DNA of 64,000 nucleotides from positions 4,898,001-4,962,000 of the forward strand of contig NC_043014.1 in assembly GCF_006345805.1 (NCBI RefSeq), read 5' to 3'. This DNA is from Octopus sinensis. Lineage: Eukaryota. A program made the position numbers and the translations under genes. Below are positions 55,841 through 64,000 of this stretch, one piece after another (positions within the stretch are counted from its first letter, which is position 1; each line of letters starts with the position of its first letter). The notes under the pieces were generated by a model, which did no database searches, was not told where the DNA came from, and saw only the letters and a list, made by a program, of their open reading frames with translations.

Positions 55841-56081
55841 GTAGCGCTGCATATATACTCATATACACACAATACACGGCATAGTTTATTAGAGTAACAT
55901 TTTTGTTAGGAAGTTATTGTAAAGTAGAATATATTTTGAAATAAATTCAGGCAAGTGTCTTAGTATATAGTATTATGGACATATGGATAATAATGTGGAA
56001 CTAGTTCAAAGTTGGTGAAATTATAAATCATTAGTTAATGAGTCACGGGTAAAAGACTTTAGCCATAAAATTAGTTCTTAC

Positions 56082-56133
56082 TTGGTGTGTCATCAGGTTT
56101 ATCGTCGAGAGATTTCTTGGAGATGAAACGGTT
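56082..56133 (-). CDS. G4 exon 2, intact
   Basis: 52 nt with canonical splice sites. Confidence 0.9.
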
Positions 56134-57748
56134 CTGTGAAAAAATAGAAATAGCATCATATAAATAGTACTTCAGAGTAGTTATTATCGTTTAGAACTTA
56201 AAACAATGCAATAGATGACAACATATTCGGACAGGTATCATTGCCAACACTACCATCTCAACCCCTTAGGAATCTTGTAGAAAGCGCTTCAATCCAGTCA
56301 AAGGATTTTCTGAACAACATCAGACAATAAAAATCTGAATTTCAAATGACATCGTTTGGTGAAACTAAGAAGATAGATAAACATGAATTTACGCCGAAGT
56401 CAAAGTTCAAGGGCAAGTCTATCCCCTCAATGGTTCCCTGGTACCTGCGAATGAACAACCACAGTTCCTCCAAATTTACTCTATGAGTGATGTAGGATAA
56501 CAAACCCGACGTGAGGTGTCAAAATTTCCGATGATGGGTCGTGTTAGACACAGCGCACACTGCTGCAAAGGAGAGTATATCCACTGACAGTTTTTCGGTG
56601 CGTTCAAAAAACACACAAACTCCACCTTCAATTTTGCATGACAGGTTAGGGCCTGAAACACTCCAAACGGACGCATAGCATGTTGCTGAATCGAATTAGC
56701 CCAGCATTTACTCTACAAATGTTTTGTTGTCAATGTTGCACTTTCCATATCACCTGTTTCAAAAGGACTGGAATTCATTATATACCAACTTTGCCATTTT
56801 AATCCCCAGCAATGTCGGGTATGTCTGCTAGATCACACACACACTCACACACACACACACATACACACGCATATTTTTACATATATATATATATATATAT
56901 ATATACATACACACACACACACACATGAATTTATATAGTTAAATTTAATCCAAATAAGAAAGCACAAAAAAACAACAACGCAAGGACGTGGAACAAATAT
57001 AGTATTTATTGGACGCTTAGGAAAGAAGGCAAGGAGGAGGGTTTAACGTTTCGGGTGGAGCTCTTCGTCGGAAACATACGAGAAGGAATGATCCAGAGGA
57101 TGGAAGACAGAGGAAAAAAACGGTACACAGACTGTCACATTTTGAATGACCGGAAGGAAAAGTGGGAAGAAAAGTTCTTTCAAAGACAGGAGAGTTGTAG
57201 AGGAGGAGGAATGTGTGTGTAAGTGTGGATATGTGCGGGCGCGGAGGTCTGCGTGTGCGTGTGTGTGTATGTGTGTATATGTGCAATGATGAACGTGTGT
57301 TCTTGTGTGCGTGTGTGTGTCCATGTGTGTGTGGTTGTGGCTGTTAATCTTTGCGTGTTGTAGGGTTAGTAGTGTAAAGGTCAAGGACGAAGGAATTGGG
57401 CGTGGCTCTTTTTGTCTCTACCCCAGGTCAAGTAGTAGGTACTGCTAGTTTGAAGTATGTGTGTGTGTGCGTGTATGTATAAGTATCATGTGTGAGTTTT
57501 GTTTGTATTGTGTGTGTGTGTGTATGTATGTAAGTGTGTGTGTTAGTGTGTGTATGCGTAGAGTTTGGGTGTGTGGTGAATAACTGTGCTTTACGTAGTG
57601 TATGTGTGCGAGTGTGCTTGTACGTGCGTATGTGTGTATACATGTATGTATCATTGTGTGCGTGAATGTATAATTGTGTGCCGTGTGTATGGGATATATG
57701 TGTGGGTTCATTTGTGTGTGTGTATGTATGTGCCTGTGTGTGTCTTAT

Positions 57749-57826
57749 GTGCGTGTACGTGTGCGTGTACGTGTGCGTGTACGTGTGCGTGTACGTGTGC
57801 GTGTACGTGTGCGTGTACGTGTGCGT
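57749..57826. repeat. Six perfect copies of the 12-mer GTGCGTGTACGT
   Basis: Direct reading; a single copy at the matching site in unit 1 (near 19160). Confidence 0.93.
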
Positions 57827-59264
57827 TCGTATGTGTGTGTGTAAGCGTATATGGGTGTATATACGTGTATCCGTGGGGTTGTGAGTTTAGAGTATGTGCA
57901 TTAATGTGCGTGTGTGCGTGCGAATGTGTGCGCATCTTTTTGCGGATAAGTATGTGTGTGCGTGTAGGCATATATTGTGTGTATGTATATGTATCGGTGT
58001 GTATGTGAATTTGTACATGCGTGTGTGTTTTGGGTTTTTCTGGAGTTGTGTGGGAGTAATGTGCGTGCGTGTGTGCGCTTACGTACGTGTATGTGCGTGT
58101 GTGTCTCTGCCCATGTGTGTTTAAGTGTGTGCGTATCTGTATGAGTATTGTTCGTTAAAGGTATATGTGGACATCTGTGCTGGTGTGTGTGTATGTACGT
58201 GTGTATGTATGTGTGTGTGTATTGTGTGCGTATGATGCATATATCTCCGTGATCACCGTCACAGACTAGTTGTTGCTACATATCGCTGGTCACAATGCGC
58301 TTCGCGTTGTTTTAGCCTTCAAATGACGCCACCCCGCTGGTTAAGCGAGCAGGCCAACAGAAGAAAGGGAGAAAGTTGTAGCGAAAGAGTACAGCAGAGA
58401 TCAACACAACCCAATTCCCTGAGCCTCGTGGAGCATTAAACACTCACAACGCCCAGTCTGGGAATCGAAACCGCGATCCGACAACCATGAGTCCGCTGCC
58501 CTAACCACTAGTCCACTGCGCCTCCACCCCCCCACCCCCACACATCACACATATATAAATACATATCAATATATAGGTATACACGTATACTTAGGCATAC
58601 ACACGATAAATATCACAAACATACGTATCTACTTATACGCATACACACACACAAACACACACATATATGTGAGTGGACATACACTGTATAGTGTGATTGT
58701 TCGTGTACAATTGAGCACGTGTGTCTGTGTGCGTGCGTATGTGTGTGTGTTTGTGTTTATTTGTGCGTGTGTTTGTCCGTGTGTCTGTGTGTATGTATTT
58801 ACATTCGTTCTTACATATTGTCATATATAAAAACCAACGTGAATTACAGTCAAACATTACGAAATTCACCGATCTACATTGGCACTCGCACGTTTTATTT
58901 TCAGTTGGAAAGAAAAGATTAAAAAAAACTCGCCTCACTTCCGTTCCTGATGGAGAGAAATAGATAAATGTGTGTAAATATGTACGTATTCCTATGTGTG
59001 CGTGTGTGTGTGTTTGTATGTGTCTGTTTCTGTGCGTGTGTGTAAGTGTACATCTAGATATAATACTTAACACTAATATTAATAGGGCTAAACGTTGCAG
59101 CGACAGGGCATGGCCATGCTAGAACCCCACCATTAGATTTTTTTCATTACGCACTTATTTCCCTCTCCAGGATAATGTCTGGTGAAAGAGCGATCGGACA
59201 GGAGTACAATTCCACACTTCTTTGTGTTTCTTTGGGATGTGTGTATATGTATGTATACATATAT

Positions 59265-59365
<101 letters not shown>

Positions 59366-59442
59366 TAGATAGATAGATCCATAAATAGATATGTATGTAT
59401 ATACATACGTAACAATACATGTGTGTATGTATATATGATATG

Positions 59443-59554
<112 letters not shown>

Positions 59555-59558
59555 TGTG

Positions 59559-59835
59559 TGTGGAGGCACAATGGCCCAGTGTCCGTAGGACCACGTTTTC
59601 GATTCCCAGACCGAGCGTTGTGTGTGTTTATTGAGTGAAAAACACCTAAAGCCCCACGAGGCTCCGGCAGGGGTTGGTCGCGATCCCTGCTGTTCTCTTT
59701 CGCCACAACTTTCGCTCACTCTTTCTTCTCTTGACCTGCTCGCTTAGCCAGCGGAGCGGCGTCATTTGAAGACTAAAACAATGCGAAGCGCATTGTGACC
59801 AGCGATGTGTACTAACATCTGGTCGGTCACGGTGA
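59559..59835 (+). mobile_element. Family-1 SINE, inverted relative to 58245-58527
   Basis: Head tggaggcacaatggcccagt..ttcgattcccagacc; tail aatgcgaagcgcattgtgaccagcgatg. Confidence 0.8.
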
Positions 59836-59842
59836 TATATGA

Positions 59843-59881
<39 letters not shown>

Positions 59882-60090
59882 ATCAATATAGGGTGGTGAA
59901 AAAAATTTTGTAGAATTCTTTTTGCCACCAGCGGCCTAGTGGGAAAAAATTAAATAGTCATAGACCATTTTTAAGTTCAACATCAACAATCAAGGAACGG
60001 CCATAATAGGCCATTCACCCACTAGAAATAACAGCCAAAGCTTCAACCGCAAATAAAGATCAATTCCGTAAACGGCCGTTCCTTGATTGT

Positions 60091-60127
<37 letters not shown>

Positions 60128-60742
60128 TAATAAGGGTTTTTAGCAACAAGTTGCTTAAACCACTTACCAGAAATATTAGAAATAGCAGTCAAAGGCCTAC
60201 CATTTCTATTACAACAATGGTAGAAATGGTAGCCCTTTGACTGCTATTTCTAATATTTTCGGTATGTGGTTTAAGCAACTTGTTGCAAAGAGCTCTTATT
60301 ATAATTATATATATTTTTACCGTATATGGTCCTTTTCCATACAGAAATACTACTAGGAGAAATTTATTGATTTTATTAAATGTACACGCACTAATATATT
60401 CATATATATGTATATTTATATATATATATATGTATATTATATATACAAATATATGTATATGTATATATATGTATATATATATATGTATGTTTAGGTGTGT
60501 GCGCCTGTGTGTTTTTCTGTGATTACGTGTGTGATGGATCGTACGAGTGTGTGTGCTCTATAGAAACATATGTACATGGTTCATGCATACATCCGTTCAT
60601 CCATCCATCCATCCGTAAGTAGATAAATACATATATTAATACTTACATACGTAGATGCATCCATGCATACATACATGCACGCATACATACATATATATAT
60701 ACATAAAGACATACATATGTTAACACAAAATCCATGACTTAC

Positions 60743-60886
60743 CGTTTTCGATTTCTCTTCCATTTTTCCTATTCTTGAATCTTGATGAAGAATCACGATC
60801 GTCAGAACGAGAAGAACCCCAAAAGCTATGAGAGAAGAAATGGAATAACGCTGCGAAATATTCCTGGACAGTTGTGCGAAATCCAT
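60743..60886 (-). CDS. G4 exon 1, intact; completes a 255-aa ORF
   Basis: 144 nt, |GTAAGT donor. Confidence 0.9.
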
Positions 60887-61304
60887 TCTGGTGACAGTTG
60901 TCGGTCGTACGTGATACTTCGTGTGGCTTCAACAAAAGATCGAGATGCGAGGTTTAAGCTGAAGACCTGTAACTGAATTCCACGTATTTATTGAGCGCAC
61001 AACAACCCAGCTCTGGCAGAGATCTTATCGTAAATTTATGAACCAATGCGATTGGTGGAACTGTAAAAGTGGGTGTGAACATGTCTGACAGGTTTAATTA
61101 TTGGAAAGAGATTTGGTTTGATATTGTCACACAATAATTAGCAAAATATGTTGATGAATGAGAGACACGTGTAAAGTGAAATGATTCCCGTTTCTGGATA
61201 TATTATGATATATTTATTTACTAATGTTGTTATTTAATTTTATTTGTTATTCTTGGGAAACTGTTTTAATATTCAGTGGGGGAAATATTTCGTTCAACAG
61301 ACGA

Positions 61305-61536
61305 ATACACAGACACACACACACTGACACACAGACACACACACGCACTTACACACTGACACACACACACCCACACACACTCGCACACACACACACACTA
61401 ACACACACAAACACATACACTCACGCACACATACACTCACACACTCACGCACACACTGATACACACACACACATACATTGTCATACACACACACACTCAC
61501 ACATACACACACTCACACACACACATACAAACACAA

Positions 61537-61568
<32 letters not shown>

Positions 61569-62001
61569 TGATGCACACACACGCACACACTGACAAACAC
61601 ACACACATTCACACACACACACACACACACTGACACACACACATGCACACACACTCACACACTGACACTCACACACACACCGACATACGCACATACACTG
61701 ACACACACACTGACACACACACTCCCAGACGCACCCCCACACACACACACACACTGACACACACACATGCACACACACACACACTCCCACACGCACACAT
61801 ACACTGACGCACACAAACACACACACACACTCACTCACACACACACACACTGACAAACACACACACACACACACATACACTGACACACACACGCACACAC
61901 ACTCCCACACGCACACATACACTCACACACACACACACACAAAACACACACACACACACACACACATACACTCACACTCACACACACACACACACTCACA
62001 C
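61305..62001. repeat. Compound (CA)n/CACTGA tract between the 40-bp repeats
   Basis: Direct reading. Confidence 0.95.
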
Positions 62002-63203
62002 ACTGTTTTAATATTCAGCGTGGGAAGTATTTCGTTCAACCCACACAGTAATCGCAAGACTTAATCTAATGAAGTCCGCTGTTCGGATTGGATTCTTCAC
62101 AACAAGCGTTAATCTGATTAGAAAAGTTTTATGTAAATATCAAAATCAAAACCTACCAATTCCCACCCACCCATACATACATACAAACATGCATGCATAC
62201 ATACATATATACATACATAAATACATACATACATATATACATACATACATACATACATACATACATACATACATGCACACATACTTACATACAAACATAC
62301 ATACATACATACATACATACATACATAGATACATACATGCACACATACATAGATACATACATGCACACATACATACATACATACATATATACATGCATAC
62401 ATACATACATACATGCATACATAGATACATACATACATACATGCATACATACATGCACACATACATACATACATAGATACATACATGCGTGCATATATAT
62501 ATACGTACATTTATGTATGTATACACGTATGCATGCATGTATGTATGAATATAATCATGTATATATCGATAGATACATATAGACATACATACATACATAC
62601 ATACATACTTGGTGGCTGCCCCCTCGTTATCGAGTAGGGCCATTGCACGACGCTTAATCAATGTTGTTATCTTGCAATGCCTGTGCATGAAAATTTTTTT
62701 TAAAGCGAGGAAAGGCTGTGCACTGAGTCAATCCCAGTCACTAAGCAACAGCAGCCATAATCCGAAAAGAAAAACAAGTCAACATCATCTGTAACCACTG
62801 AGCCGCAGGTTTTATATCGGAGTTATTCCAGTTACCTGAGTTACCTTCTCCTAGAAGGATGCCCTTACAAAGTCTAGGAGTCCTTCACTCCCAATGGTTT
62901 AACCGCGCGATCGGATATTCAGTCCGATTATTTCTATGTCCCCGCGCATGATACAGCCTTAAGACAGTTTTTGGATGGCTGTTGACCCTCAAGAGTTCCT
63001 CCGGTCTTTGACGGTTTTGTTTTTCATCCCGCAGGGTGTCCAATAGACTCCCTCCTCACCAAGCAAGCTTGGTGGGGTTGCCGGTTTAGTCGCCGACGAC
63101 CCGACGATGCAACAGGTTGTACTGGGTTACATGTTACCAGTAGCACACGAAAGTGACCTGACATACATACATGCATACATACATACATACATACATACAT
63201 ACA

Positions 63204-63237
<34 letters not shown>

Positions 63238-64000
63238 CATGCATACATGGATAAATACATAGATAGAGGCATACATACACACATACATACATACATACAT
63301 GCATACATACATACATGCTTACATACATACATGCGTACATACATACATACATACATATATACATGCATACATACATACATATATACATGCATACATACAT
63401 ACATACATACATACATACATACATACATACAAACATGCATACATACATGCATACATGCATACATACATACTCACATGCATACATGCATATATACATACAT
63501 ACATACATACATTCATGCATACATACATACATACATGCATACATGCATACATACATACATGCATACATGCATACATACATACATACATACATACATGCAT
63601 GCATACATACATACATACATACATACATACATACATACATACATACATACATACATACATACATACATGCATACATACATGCATACAAAAATATCCTGTT
63701 CATGTTGTTGAAATACCAATGAAAGATACTTGGAACTAAGTTAGAAGCCGTCTCTCTTTCTGTTGACCAGAAATATTCTATTAAAACCGAATAATGACAT
63801 TCATACATATTTTTAGCTAGTCATTATCACTAGCTTTGAATATTTTTCTTCTTGTTTTATAAATCATAGCAAAACATACAGGTACAGTGTCTCCCATTTG
63901 AAACTCAATTCGCAAGTGCACCTTCCGTATGGACTGCATATGTATGGCGGAATTCCATAGTTATGATTAAATTTTCTCAGATGAAGCATATTAGACCCCT

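Overview
Eukaryotic, AT-rich, microsatellite-dense DNA; the SINE and other repeat families look Octopus-like (inference, not a database result). The whole window is a head-to-tail segmental duplication with a period of about 16-17 kb, and it appears to run off both ends. Each unit carries a 4-exon minus-strand gene that I assembled from splice sites and phases: 48 codons + 52 nt + 75 nt + 497-500 nt, 255 aa in total. The product has a short N-tail, one hydrophobic anchor, a short stalk and a 10-Cys domain resembling the C-terminal domain of invertebrate short-chain collagen C4-like proteins, with no Gly-X-Y repeats. Copy G1 (9896-22610) and copy G4 (49247-60886) are intact. G3 (34411-44772) has a stop and a frameshift in exon 1. 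G2 (27121-32098) lost 7868 bp by a microhomology deletion. G0 runs off the left edge. Differences between copies cluster in a few aromatic/His-rich patches and are shuffled between paralogs, which suggests a diversifying recognition-type family. Introns hold decayed RTE-like LINE, Helitron, SINE and Penelope-like elements. There are seven full hammerhead ribozyme folds, and five of them are sense to the host pre-mRNA. No tRNA, rRNA or CRISPR features are supported.
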